DNA of 64,000 bases from an uncultured Rhizobium sp. (GCA_964628235.1 CAZVLU010000009.1:17473-81472), one strand, 5' to 3'. Shown: positions 9,154 through 20,449, counted from the first letter of the stretch. Notes: a model not told the origin generated them from the sequence alone. A program made the numbers and translations.

Positions 9154-9876
9154 ATGACCCTTGCGCGCATGAGCGGCGTCGCTTTGTGGCGTCAGATCGA
9201 ACAAGAGATCGAAGCCGACATCCGCGCCAAACAATTCGGCCCGGGCGACCGCCTGCCGACCGAAGCGGAATTGTCGCAACGCTTCGCCGTCAACCGTCAC
9301 ACCGTGCGGCGCGCCATGCTCGGCCTGCAGGAACGCGGCCTGATCCGCGTCGAGCAGGGCCGCGGCTCCTTCGTGCAAGAGAACATCGTCGACTACAAGC
9401 TCGGCCGCCGCACGCGCTTCAGCGAGAATATTCTCACGCTGCGCCGCGATCCCTCCGGTGAATTGGTGCGCGTCGCCCGCTTGCCCGCCGACAAGATCAT
9501 GGCGCAGATGCTCGGCTTGCGCGCCGGAGAGCCGGTGCTGCTGCTCGAAACCCTGAAATCGGCCGACGGTCGGCCGATCAACTTCGGCAGCCATCACTTT
9601 CCCTTCCGCCGCTTCAACGGCCTGGCCGAAGCCTTCAAGACCGAGGGCTCGATCACGGCGGCGCTGCGAAAATTCGGCGTCAACGACTACACGCGCAAGG
9701 TGACCCGCGTCACCGCGCGCATGCCCGAGGAAGAAGAGGCACGCCTGCTCGCCCAGCCGCGCAACAGGCCGGTGCTGATCACCGAAAGCGTCAATGTCGA
9801 TGAGGCGGGACTGCCCATCGAATATGGCATGGCGCGCTTCGCCGCCGACCGTGTGCAATTCGTCTTCGAAAGCTGA
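9154..9876 (+). CDS. phnF: GntR/HutC-family phosphonate regulator PhnF
   Basis: N-terminal wHTH (LPTEAELSQRFAVNRHTVRRAMLGLQERGLIRVEQGRGSFV) plus UTRA effector domain. Divergent from phnG. Confidence 0.85.
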   Translation: MTLARMSGVALWRQIEQEIEADIRAKQFGPGDRLPTEAELSQRFAVNRHTVRRAMLGLQERGLIRVEQGRGSFVQENIVDYKLGRRTRFSENILTLRRDPSGELVRVARLPADKIMAQMLGLRAGEPVLLLETLKSADGRPINFGSHHFPFRRFNGLAEAFKTEGSITAALRKFGVNDYTRKVTRVTARMPEEEEARLLAQPRNRPVLITESVNVDEAGLPIEYGMARFAADRVQFVFES

Positions 9877-9906
9877 TCTCAGCCGTTAAAGCCGGGCGAG
9901 CTCCGC

Positions 9907-10518
9907 TCACCACATCGACTGGCGGGCGCGCTCCGGCCAGGCCTTGTCGTAAGCTTCGCCGCCGATGCGTTCCTGGCTGAGCGCGGCCAGGATGGCGCCG
10001 GCGGTCGGCAAATTCGCCGGATCGACATGTTTGGCCGGATTCCACAGATCGGCGCGGATCACGGCGCGGGCGCATTGGAAATAGACGCTGTCGATCTCGA
10101 TGACGATCACCGAGCGCGGCGCTTTGCCTTCCATCGCGAGCGACCCCAGCAGTTCGGCATCGTCCGTCAAATGCGCCCGGCCATTGACGCGCAGGGTCGT
10201 GCCGCTGCCGGGGATGAGAAACAGCAGGGCGACGCGCGGATCGCGCACGATGTTGCGCAGGCTGTCGATGCGGTTGTTGCCGCGCCGATCGGGCAGCATC
10301 AGGGTGCGGTCATCGTGAATATGCACGACAGACCCGACATCGCCACGCGGCGAGCAATCGAGGCCTTCGGGACCCGAGGTCGCCAACGCCACGAAGGGCG
10401 AGGCGTCGATCAGCGCCCGGTAATGCGGCGTGAGATGATCGATTTCCTTGACCGTCGAGGTTTCCAACGGCCGCTCGTAGATCGCTTCCAACTGTTCGAT
10501 GGTGGCGATGCGCGGCAT
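9907..10518 (-). CDS. Pyridoxamine 5'-phosphate oxidase (PPOX) family FMN-binding split-barrel protein
   Basis: Core LATSGPEGLDCSPRGD...LLFLIPGSGTTLRVNGRAHL. Last gene of the second transporter operon. Start trimmed to ATG 10518. Confidence 0.68.
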   Translation of the reverse strand: MPRIATIEQLEAIYERPLETSTVKEIDHLTPHYRALIDASPFVALATSGPEGLDCSPRGDVGSVVHIHDDRTLMLPDRRGNNRIDSLRNIVRDPRVALLFLIPGSGTTLRVNGRAHLTDDAELLGSLAMEGKAPRSVIVIEIDSVYFQCARAVIRADLWNPAKHVDPANLPTAGAILAALSQERIGGEAYDKAWPERARQSMW

Positions 10519-10534
10519 GGCGGACCTTTCAGGG

Positions 10535-11350
10535 CTAGAGAACGCGCCGCCGCAACAGGTCGCTGACGCGTTCGACGACGACGACGAGGGCGAAGATGGC
10601 GAGAATGATCGTCGCCGCCTCGTCATAATTGAACAGATCCATCGCCACTTTCAACTCGATGCCGATGCCGCCGGCGCCGACCAGGCCAAGGATGACCGAC
10701 GAACGGGTCGCTTTCTCCAGGCTGAACAGCGAAGTGTTGATGAACGACGGCAAAGCGGCCGGGATCACCGCGCACATGACGATCGATAGCTTGCTCGCGC
10801 CGATGGCCGATAAAGCTTCTTGCGGGCCGCGGTCGGCTTCTTCCATCGCCTCGGCGAAGAAGCGGCCGCAGAAGCCGATTTTGTCGACGACGATGGCGAG
10901 CGTGCCGGCGAACGGTCCGAGACCGACCGAGACGACGAACAGCAGCGCCCACACCAGGTCAGGCACGGTGCGGAAGAAGGAAATCAAGCCGCGCGCCGCA
11001 TGATAGAATGCCGGATGCGGCGTCAGATGGCGCGTCGCCAAAACGGCGATCGGCACGCTGATCAGCACGCCGACGGCGGTGCCGACAAAGGCCATCTGGA
11101 AGGTTTCGAGCAAAGCGCGGCCGACGGCGTCGAGACGCGCGGTCGAGGGCGGCATCATCTCGCCGATCAAACGGCCCATCTGCGGGAAGCCGCCGAAGAA
11201 ATCGCCGAGCGAGACGCCGGTGCCGTGCAGCGACCAGGCGAAGAACAGCGCGACGACGATATAAGCGGCGAAGGAGCCGAGGCTCGGGCGTTCGAATCTG
11301 GGCGGCAGGCCAGGCGGCGCGCTCGGAGCTGGTTGCGTAAGATCAGTCAT
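10535..11350 (-). CDS. PhnE-family ABC transporter permease (second phosphonate/phosphite-type system)
   Basis: GLGPFAGTLAIVVDKIGFCGRFF...ILGLVGAGGIGIELKVAMDLF. Paralogous to phnE at 1830. Confidence 0.85.
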   Translation of the reverse strand: MTDLTQPAPSAPPGLPPRFERPSLGSFAAYIVVALFFAWSLHGTGVSLGDFFGGFPQMGRLIGEMMPPSTARLDAVGRALLETFQMAFVGTAVGVLISVPIAVLATRHLTPHPAFYHAARGLISFFRTVPDLVWALLFVVSVGLGPFAGTLAIVVDKIGFCGRFFAEAMEEADRGPQEALSAIGASKLSIVMCAVIPAALPSFINTSLFSLEKATRSSVILGLVGAGGIGIELKVAMDLFNYDEAATIILAIFALVVVVERVSDLLRRRVL

Positions 11351-12212
11351 AGAGCGCCCTCAAGGTGGCGACGTTGAGCTCGGACGACGGCGCGTCGAGC
11401 ACGATGGCGCCGCGACGCAAAGCGATAACGCGATCGGCATAAGCGATGGCGTGCGACAAATCGTGCGAGGTAAACAGCAATGTCAGCCCCTCGTGGCGGA
11501 TGAGGTCGGTGAACAGCCGCATCACTTCCTCGCCGGCGCTGGGATCGAGGCTGGCGACCGGCTCGTCGGCGACCATCATCCGCGGCCGCTGCATGAGGGC
11601 GCCGGCGATGGCGACGCGCTGCGATTGGCCGCCAGAAAGCTTGTCGGCGCGGCGGCCGGCGATATGGGCGAGATTGACACGCTCCAGGCAAGCCAAGGCC
11701 TCGTCGCGCAAGGCTTTCGGCGCGCAGCTTTGGAACCAGGGGCGCGCCAGAGCGCTACGCGGCAACGCGCCATGCAGCACGTTGGTCAGCGCCGACAGGC
11801 GCGGCACCAGATTGTGTTTTTGGAAGACGAAGCCGATTTCGGCGCGCAGCTTGCGCAGATCGTTCGGCTTGAGCATCGCCATATTGCGCCCGAGCAGGCG
11901 CACATCGCCGGAATCCGGCTCGATGAGGCGCAGGCAGCAGCGCAGCAGCGTCGATTTCCCCGCGCCGTTGGCGCCGATCAGCGCCACTGATTGGCCGGCC
12001 GGCACGGTAAAATCGACACCGCTGAGGACGCTGGTCGTCTGGTCGAAGCTTTTGCGCAATCCGCGCACCACCAGGTCCGGCGCCCGCGACGGGACGGCCT
12101 CGCCCTGCGGCGCGGCGCCTTCAGCTTGGCGCACCGCGTCGCGGAGCATATCGAGGCCGGCGGGTTCCCGTCGCATGGCGGAGCGTCCGAACGAGGTGGA
12201 TGGCGCGGTCAT
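11343..12212 (-). CDS. PhnC-family ABC transporter ATP-binding protein (second system)
   Basis: Walker A GANGAGKSTLL, signature LSGGQSQRVAIAGAL, Walker B VADEPVASLD. Confidence 0.85.
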   Translation of the reverse strand: MTAPSTSFGRSAMRREPAGLDMLRDAVRQAEGAAPQGEAVPSRAPDLVVRGLRKSFDQTTSVLSGVDFTVPAGQSVALIGANGAGKSTLLRCCLRLIEPDSGDVRLLGRNMAMLKPNDLRKLRAEIGFVFQKHNLVPRLSALTNVLHGALPRSALARPWFQSCAPKALRDEALACLERVNLAHIAGRRADKLSGGQSQRVAIAGALMQRPRMMVADEPVASLDPSAGEEVMRLFTDLIRHEGLTLLFTSHDLSHAIAYADRVIALRRGAIVLDAPSSELNVATLRALYD

Positions 12213-12217
12213 GCGGC

Positions 12218-13090
12218 TCAGTTGCCGACGAAGTCAGCGTACTGCGGCTGGCCGATCGTCGCGTACATCTTGCGGATGTAGTTGTAGTCCTTGTCGGCGA
12301 TCGTCGGAATGAAGGCCATGCCCTGGAACTTCTGGTTCTCGTCGGGGCCGCGCAGCACGGCGTCGATCAAGGTTTGCGAGTTCTCGGTGAACACCTTCTT
12401 CATCTTGGCGACGGTGTCGTCGGAGACATGCGATCCGGCGAGCAACACGTCGTTCGGCAGGTCGCGGCCGCGCGCGATCACCTTGAAGACCACGTCGGGG
12501 AAACGCTTGGCGAGGCCCGGCAGGTCGGTGCGGTTGATGCCGATGGCGGCCACGTCGCCGCGCTTCATGGCTTCGACGCCGACGTTGCGGTTGATGTGCA
12601 TGACCTGCATGTCCTTCGGCGTCACGCCGAGGTCGGACAGAACCTGGATCGGCGAGAGATGGCGCGAGGTCGAGCCGACATCGCCGAGCGCGACCTTCTT
12701 GCCCTTCAAGTCCTCGACGCTATCGACGCCGGAGCCGACGATGGTGACGACCGAGCCGTAATATTCCGGACGGCTGAAGCCGACGACGAGCTTGGCGTCG
12801 GTGCGCTTCTTGAACACGACATATTCGGCAGGTCCCGTCAGGACGAGATCGACCTTCTTGGCATTGAGCGCTTCGACGGCGGCGGTGCGGCTCGGCACCG
12901 GGAAAAGCTGGACTTTCATCCCGGCCTTTTCCGACAGCACGTTTTGGAACGCGCCGAATTCGCGCTGCAGGTTTTCGAGGCCGACGATGTCGGTGACGGC
13001 GAGACGCAGCTCTTGAGCTTGAACGGACGAGGCGGCGGCGAGAACGCCGAGGCCGAAGGCGGCGGCAGTCAGGCGACGGATCATGGTCAT
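12218..13090 (-). CDS. PhnD-family periplasmic substrate-binding protein (second system)
   Basis: Signal peptide MTMIRRLTAAAFGLGVLAAASSVQAQ. PhnD/SsuA fold. Start trimmed to ATG 13090. Confidence 0.82.
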   Translation of the reverse strand: MTMIRRLTAAAFGLGVLAAASSVQAQELRLAVTDIVGLENLQREFGAFQNVLSEKAGMKVQLFPVPSRTAAVEALNAKKVDLVLTGPAEYVVFKKRTDAKLVVGFSRPEYYGSVVTIVGSGVDSVEDLKGKKVALGDVGSTSRHLSPIQVLSDLGVTPKDMQVMHINRNVGVEAMKRGDVAAIGINRTDLPGLAKRFPDVVFKVIARGRDLPNDVLLAGSHVSDDTVAKMKKVFTENSQTLIDAVLRGPDENQKFQGMAFIPTIADKDYNYIRKMYATIGQPQYADFVGN

Positions 13091-13140
13091 GGGTGCATCC
13101 CCTTTGGTGCGGATTGGTGAGGCCATCAATGCCCTCACCA

Positions 13141-13170
13141 CATGACAGATCGTCGGACCTGATCATGACA
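13141..13170 (-). promoter_or_regulatory. Pho-box-like direct repeat (CTGTCAT x2 on minus strand) upstream of the second transporter, divergent from phnM
   Basis: Minus strand reads CTGTCATgatcaggtccgacgatCTGTCAT, 51-80 nt upstream of the SBP start codon. CTGTCAT matches the 7-bp PhoB half-site. Confidence 0.4.
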
Positions 13171-13328
13171 GCCACATGAACGCGGCGCGATTCCGGTGGA
13201 AAAATTTTCACCTAAGCCATTGGAAAGACTTTGTGATTATACCTATCGCCGAGTTGTCTAGATCGGTCCCGTCGCTGTCACAAAGCGGCGCTAAATCTTG
13301 CGCTCCACAATGAGAATCGGACGACGAG

Positions 13329-14507
13329 ATGCACGGAATGGCGCGCTATGCGGTGGTCGGCGGCAAGGTCTTGCTGCCGCAAGGATTCGAGTCCGATGCG
13401 GTCGTCATCGTCGAGGACGGCATCATCGTCGATGTCGCGAGCGAAGCGGGCGCCGCGCGCGCCGTCGACGCGCGCGGGCTCTATGTCATGCCTGGCATCA
13501 TCGATCTGCACGGCGACGCCTTCGAGCGCCAGATCATGCCGCGCCCCGGCGTGCATTTCGATTTGCAGTTGGCGCTTGCCGACACCGACCGCCAGCTCGT
13601 CTCCAACGGCATCACCACGGCCTTTCACGGCGTGACCTATTCCTGGGAGCCGGGCCTGCGCAGCCGCGATACCATCTTGCGGATGATCGCGGCGCTCGAC
13701 GAGGCGCGGCCGCATCTCGCCTGCGACACCAAGCTTCATCTGCGCCAGGAGACCTACAATCTCGACGGCGAAGCCGAGGCGCTCGCCTGGCTCGCCGAGG
13801 GCAAGATCGATCTTCTCGCCTTCAACGACCATACGCCGGACATGCTGAGGAAGCAGTCCGATCCGCAGGAAATGATGACCTATCTGCAGCGCACGCGGCT
13901 GTCGAGCGACGAATTGCGCGCGTTGCTCGCCAAGGTGGCGGCGCGAAAGGACGAAGTCGAAGCCTCGATCAAGCGGCTCGCCGCCGCCGCCGTCGCCGCC
14001 GGCGTGCCGCAATGCTCGCACGACGACCCCTCGCCCGACACGCGGCGCTGGTACCAGGACATCGCCTGCGAGATTTCCGAATTTCCCAAAACCCGCGACA
14101 CCGCGCAGCTCGCCCGCCAGCTCGGCAACCATGTCGTGTTCGGCGCGCCCAACGTGGTGCGCGGCGGCAGCCATCAGAAGGGGGCCGGCGCAGTCGCCGC
14201 CGCCGACATGATCGCCGCCGGCCTCTGCACGGTGCTGACGTCGGACTATTACTATCCGTCGATGTTGCCCGCCGCCTTCCGCCTCGAGCGCGACGGCGTC
14301 TGCGATCTCGCCGCCGCCTGGGCGCTGATCTCGCGCAATCCGGCAGACGCCGCCGGCTTGACCGACCGTGGCCGCCTCGCCGCCGGCCAACGCGCCGACA
14401 TCTTGCTGGTCGAAGCGCCGACAGGCCGCCCGCCCCGCGCCGTCGCCAGCCTGGTCGCCGGCAAGACGGCCCACGCCGGCAAAGGCGCGCCTTCTCCACT
14501 CGGCTGA
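13329..14507 (+). CDS. phnM: Alpha-D-ribose 1-methylphosphonate 5-triphosphate diphosphatase PhnM
   Basis: Amidohydrolase fold (PGIIDLHGDAFE... HDDPS...). PhnM family. Alternative start ATG 13338. Confidence 0.85.
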   Translation: MHGMARYAVVGGKVLLPQGFESDAVVIVEDGIIVDVASEAGAARAVDARGLYVMPGIIDLHGDAFERQIMPRPGVHFDLQLALADTDRQLVSNGITTAFHGVTYSWEPGLRSRDTILRMIAALDEARPHLACDTKLHLRQETYNLDGEAEALAWLAEGKIDLLAFNDHTPDMLRKQSDPQEMMTYLQRTRLSSDELRALLAKVAARKDEVEASIKRLAAAAVAAGVPQCSHDDPSPDTRRWYQDIACEISEFPKTRDTAQLARQLGNHVVFGAPNVVRGGSHQKGAGAVAAADMIAAGLCTVLTSDYYYPSMLPAAFRLERDGVCDLAAAWALISRNPADAAGLTDRGRLAAGQRADILLVEAPTGRPPRAVASLVAGKTAHAGKGAPSPLG

Positions 14508-14637
14508 GCCAACCGTCCTATTATTCTTATTCAACCAGCCACTTGCGTCCTTGCAGAAAACTGCGCGCGCTGCAGGCGGCAGATCCGGCACCTTGGCACC
14601 CCGAGTCCTTAACTGGCTAAGGGAACGATAACCACCG

Positions 14638-15348
14638 TTATGGTTCTATTGGAGGCCACGGAAAGGAGCCTGCAACGTAAAATTGATCCTTCAGGTATCG
14701 GAGGTCCATTTCCCACTGGCGGATAGCTAGTTGATATTTTTGTCGATCGTTCCTTTTAAAGTTGCAACAATTCACGGCTATCACGTTTGCCATTTTTTGC
14801 AGCCTTAATTCGGAACCTGGTTCACCGTATTCATCTCCGCAATATTCCGATACGGCATCCGGTAATGGGTGTCGGAAAAAGTAATTTAAAAAATCTCTCC
14901 GCTCCGTATCGGACATGCCATTAGCGCCCGAACGATAACCAGATATCCATAGTCCACTATGGTCTCTTGTAAAAATGGGGCCTCGCCCGCCGCCCGAAGG
15001 TGCGGGTTCAGAAATAGGCCACGGCCAAGGGGGTTCAGGGCACACAGGTTCTTCGGTTTTAATACCGAGCCAGTTTGCAACAAGGGAAGAAAAATCATCA
15101 AGATGATCGCTGGAGTCGGGATCACTCAATTGCCTCAACTCTAAATATTCCTGCTGCACCTTATTAAGGCTAAGACGAACAAATGCCTTAATCTGGAGAT
15201 CATAAATGCCTCCATCGATGTCGAGATCGCGATTCTCAAACAGCTCGAATAGCAAAGCCTGAATAATTTCCGGACTATTTAATGAGGATGAAAAAAGATC
15301 TTCGATTACATCGTCTTCTAAATTTTCGAGACCCGTAATATCCGCCAT
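14638..15348 (-). CDS. Hypothetical acidic protein in low-GC islet (no recognisable domain)
   Basis: 236-aa ORF filling a ~45% GC islet. Acidic N-terminus (LENLEDDVIEDLF) and Pro/Trp-rich middle (PVCPEPPWPWPISEPAP). Upstream sequence is AT-rich, promoter-like. Confidence 0.5.
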   Translation of the reverse strand: MADITGLENLEDDVIEDLFSSSLNSPEIIQALLFELFENRDLDIDGGIYDLQIKAFVRLSLNKVQQEYLELRQLSDPDSSDHLDDFSSLVANWLGIKTEEPVCPEPPWPWPISEPAPSGGGRGPIFTRDHSGLWISGYRSGANGMSDTERRDFLNYFFRHPLPDAVSEYCGDEYGEPGSELRLQKMANVIAVNCCNFKRNDRQKYQLAIRQWEMDLRYLKDQFYVAGSFPWPPIEP

Positions 15349-15592
15349 GATCTACCCCCGTAATTCACGATGCCCACGGCCACTTATTATATGTCACGCT
15401 CCGTAAGATTTATCGGGATATTATGCTCGCGTAATGAGCACCAGTTGGTGCCTCTGACGCATCGAGAATACAGGCGAAGGAAATGTATCCGAGTGCTTTA
15501 AACCCGTTGATTAAAAGCAGCATCGCTCACGCTAACATCGCCCAATTAGAGCTATTGTCATTTGGCTGCTGCTAAATCCTGGCAACGGTGAT

Positions 15593-16927
15593 GTGGTACC
15601 TTGCCTGCAACATGATCGTCTCGCCGTGAACTTCGCTGCCCGTCTTCAAGCCACGCTCGACCTGATGCAGGAGGTCGATAACGTCGCGCGTCCTGCCGAT
15701 GCTGTCGTCTCGGCGTGGTTTCGCGCCCGCCGCCATATCGGCGACGCCGATCGCGGCCAGATGTCCGACTTGCTCTATGCGCTGCTCCGCCATCACGCCC
15801 GCTTGGGTTGGTGGCTGGCAAAGCACGGCTGCGACGCCACGCCGCGCAGCCGCCTGCTGGCCTGGCTGGCGCTCGGCGAAGGCAAGACGCCGGATCAGCT
15901 TCGCGTCCTGTTCAACGGCGGACAGTCAGCGCCCGCCGCTTTGACGGATGAGGAGCGCGCGCTGCTGGTGAAATTGCAGGGCGGCACCATCGAGCATCCC
16001 GCCATGCCCGACGAGGTGCGCGGCGAATGTCCCGCCTGGGCGGTCGCAGCGTTGCGCAAACGCTTTGGCGATTCGTTTCCGCGCGAGATGGCGGCGCTGC
16101 TGACGACCGCCCCGCTCGATCTGCGCGTCAATCCGCTGAAAACCACGCGCGAGGCGATGCTGCGCGCGTTGCAGAGTCTCGGTCTGCCGGCCGAGGCGAC
16201 GCGCATGGCGCCTTACGGCATCCGCGTGAGCGAGCGGCCTTCGTTGGCCGGCCTGCCGATGTTGAAAGGCGGCGAGGTCGAGATTCAAGACGAAGGCTCG
16301 CAGCTTGTCGCCATGCTGGTCGATGCGAAACCCGGCGAGCGGGTGGTCGATTTCTGCGCCGGCGCCGGCGGCAAGACGCTGGCGATCGCCGTGCAGATGG
16401 AAAACAAAGGCCACGTCATCGCCTGCGACATCCTGGCCAATCGCTTGAAGCGCAGCGCCGAGCGTTTCCGCAATGCCGGGCTGCACAATATCGAGACCAA
16501 GCCGCTCAGCAGCGAAAGGGACCCTTGGGTGAAGCGGCACAAGGGCAATTTCGACCGCGTGCTGGTCGATGCGCCCTGCAGCGGCACCGGCACCTGGCGG
16601 CGCAACCCGGACGCCCGCTGGCGGCCTCTCGGGGCCGGGCTCGAGAGTTTGCTGCCGCTGCAAGCCAGCATTCTCGCCAGCGCCGCGCGCCTCGTGAAGC
16701 CCGGCGGCCGGCTCGTCTATGCCACCTGCTCCATGCTGCCCGAGGAGAACGAGGACCAGGTCGCCGCGTTCGTCGCGGCGCATCCGGACTTTCATGTCGT
16801 GCCGCTGCGGCAAGCCGCGCCGCACCTGACCTCGTCGGCGCATCCCGACTATTTGTCGCTGACGCCGGCGCGGCACAATACCGACGGCTTTTTCGCCGCC
16901 GTCATGCAGCGCGCCGCCAAGCCGTAA
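15593..16927 (+). CDS. RsmB/Sun (NOL1/NOP2) family SAM-dependent rRNA cytosine-C5 methyltransferase
   Basis: SAM-binding region DFCAGAGGKT, catalytic region DAPCSGTGTWRRNPDARW and YATCSMLPEENE. Exact start uncertain (GTG 15593 or ATG 15665). Confidence 0.8.
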   Translation: MVPCLQHDRLAVNFAARLQATLDLMQEVDNVARPADAVVSAWFRARRHIGDADRGQMSDLLYALLRHHARLGWWLAKHGCDATPRSRLLAWLALGEGKTPDQLRVLFNGGQSAPAALTDEERALLVKLQGGTIEHPAMPDEVRGECPAWAVAALRKRFGDSFPREMAALLTTAPLDLRVNPLKTTREAMLRALQSLGLPAEATRMAPYGIRVSERPSLAGLPMLKGGEVEIQDEGSQLVAMLVDAKPGERVVDFCAGAGGKTLAIAVQMENKGHVIACDILANRLKRSAERFRNAGLHNIETKPLSSERDPWVKRHKGNFDRVLVDAPCSGTGTWRRNPDARWRPLGAGLESLLPLQASILASAARLVKPGGRLVYATCSMLPEENEDQVAAFVAAHPDFHVVPLRQAAPHLTSSAHPDYLSLTPARHNTDGFFAAVMQRAAKP

Positions 16928-16936
16928 GGCGGCCGC

Positions 16937-18961
<2,025 letters not shown>

Positions 18962-19048
18962 GCATGGTTGATGGCGGTATTATAGCGCCTACCAACAAGC
19001 GCCGGATCATGTTCAGACGCGGATGATGAATGCTCACCCGACGTCGCG

Positions 19049-19135
19049 TGGTGCCCCCAGCCGGAATCGAACCAGCACGCCCTCACGGGCAACAGATTTT
19101 GAGTCTGCCGCGTCTACCAGTTCCGCCATAGGGGC
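19049..19135 (-). tRNA. tRNA-Leu (anticodon CAA), type II with long variable arm
   Basis: Reverse complement gives GCCCCTATGGCGGAACTGGTAGACGCGGCAGACTCAAAATCTGTTGCCCGTGAGGGCGTGCTGGTTCGATTCCGGCTGGGGGCACCA. 7-bp acceptor stem, CT-CAA-AA anticodon loop, GGTTCGATTCC T-arm, encoded CCA. Confidence 0.82.
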
Positions 19136-19402
19136 CGCGCAGAGGGGCCGTGGTAGGGCGGCCCTGCGGAAGCGGCGGATCATAGCCAGGGACGCGGGCG
19201 GGTCAAGCGGCCCGCAAGTCTCTGCGAAAACTAGCCTTTCCACCCGCCGCCGGCTCCCGGCAGGCTTTCGCGCCGCCCGGCCAGGCGCCAACTCGGCCCC
19301 ATTGTCGCCCAATTGACGGGAGACGATGCCCTGCTGATAATCCAACTTGGCTTTGTAAAACCGCCGCCAAGAAAAAACGTGCCGTCAGTGGAGAGCACCG
19401 CA

Positions 19403-20449
19403 ATGTCGTTCGCGTCCGGGCTGGGCAAAGCCTTTGCCCTTTTGGCGGCCTGCTTTTCGGCGGGCATGACGTCGTGGAGCGCTGCGGCCCAGGAGATCCG
19501 TCCGGTCCAATCGCCCCCGGCGATCGAGATGGCCAGTTTTCCCGGCACCGTCAATCTGCCGGTCTGGATCGCCCAGGACAAAGGCTTCTTCGCCCGCAAC
19601 GGCGTCGCCGTCAATTTGGTGCGCGCCAGCAGCGCCGCGGCGCAGATGTCCGACGTGATGGGCGGCAAATACCCGCTTTTCATCACCGCCATGGACAACA
19701 TCGTCGCCTATCAAGAAGGCCAGGGCATCGCGCAGCTGCCTGGCCATCCCGACATGTTCGCTTTCATGGGGGCGCACCGCGGCCTCAATAGCCTGGTGGT
19801 GAAGCCCGAGTTGAAGACCTATCAAGATCTGCGCGGCCGCACGATGGGCGTCGACAGCCTGACTTCGGGCTACGCTTTCGTGCTCTATCGCCTGCTCGAA
19901 CGCAACGATCTCGAACGCGATGTCGATTACACGGTGGTGGCCCTCGGCGGGCCGGCGGAGCGCTTCGCGGCCCTCAAGGCCGGCCGCATCGACGGCACGC
20001 TGCTCGCGGCCCCCAACGACGATGAAGCGGCGGAAGCCGGCTTCACCATTCTCGCCGAGCCGTCCGATTTGACCGGCGGCTATCAGGGCAGCGTCTATGC
20101 GACGCGGCGCGCCTGGGCCAATCTGCATCCGCGCGAATTGCTGGGCGTCACGCGCGGCCTGATCGCGGCGCACGAATATATCCGCGCCGACAAGGAGGGC
20201 ACCATCGCCGTGCTGCGCGCCCACTTCAAAAGCCTGTCGGCGGAGCGCGCCGAGCTGGTTTATAAGGGCCTGGTGGACGATAAAGGCGGCCTGACCAAGC
20301 GCGGCGAGATCAATATCGCAGGCGTCAAGACGGTGCTGCGGCTGCGCAGCGACATGGGTTGGCCGAAGAAGAAACTGACCGATCCCTATCGCTACATCGA
20401 CACCAGCTACTTCGCCCAAGCCGTCAGCGACCAAGCCCTCAAGCGCTAG
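19403..20449 (+). CDS. NMT1/THI5-like (SsuA/TauA-type) ABC transporter substrate-binding protein, orphan
   Basis: Signal peptide MSFASGLGKAFALLAACFSAGMTSWSAAAQE. SD GGAGAG upstream of ATG 19403. No adjacent permease or ATPase. Confidence 0.68.
   Translation: MSFASGLGKAFALLAACFSAGMTSWSAAAQEIRPVQSPPAIEMASFPGTVNLPVWIAQDKGFFARNGVAVNLVRASSAAAQMSDVMGGKYPLFITAMDNIVAYQEGQGIAQLPGHPDMFAFMGAHRGLNSLVVKPELKTYQDLRGRTMGVDSLTSGYAFVLYRLLERNDLERDVDYTVVALGGPAERFAALKAGRIDGTLLAAPNDDEAAEAGFTILAEPSDLTGGYQGSVYATRRAWANLHPRELLGVTRGLIAAHEYIRADKEGTIAVLRAHFKSLSAERAELVYKGLVDDKGGLTKRGEINIAGVKTVLRLRSDMGWPKKKLTDPYRYIDTSYFAQAVSDQALKR

Noticed and set aside
13278-14620. 437-aa (-) and 440-aa (+) ORFs overlapping phnM
   Set aside because: Alternate-frame/antisense artefacts. 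phnM frame has clear amidohydrolase homology.
14886-15144. Small ORFs (79 aa -, 61 aa +) inside the low-GC islet
   Set aside because: Nested within or antisense to the 236-aa ORF, which is the only frame spanning the islet with a plausible start.
19049-19135. tRNA-Leu as integration hotspot for an island
   Set aside because: No integrase, no duplicated tRNA 3' end, and neighbours (ygiQ, SBP) are host-like in composition.
19023-19345. ORFs of 97 aa (+) and 103 aa (-) spanning 19023-19345
   Set aside because: They run through the tRNA-Leu(CAA) gene. The tRNA structure is unambiguous.
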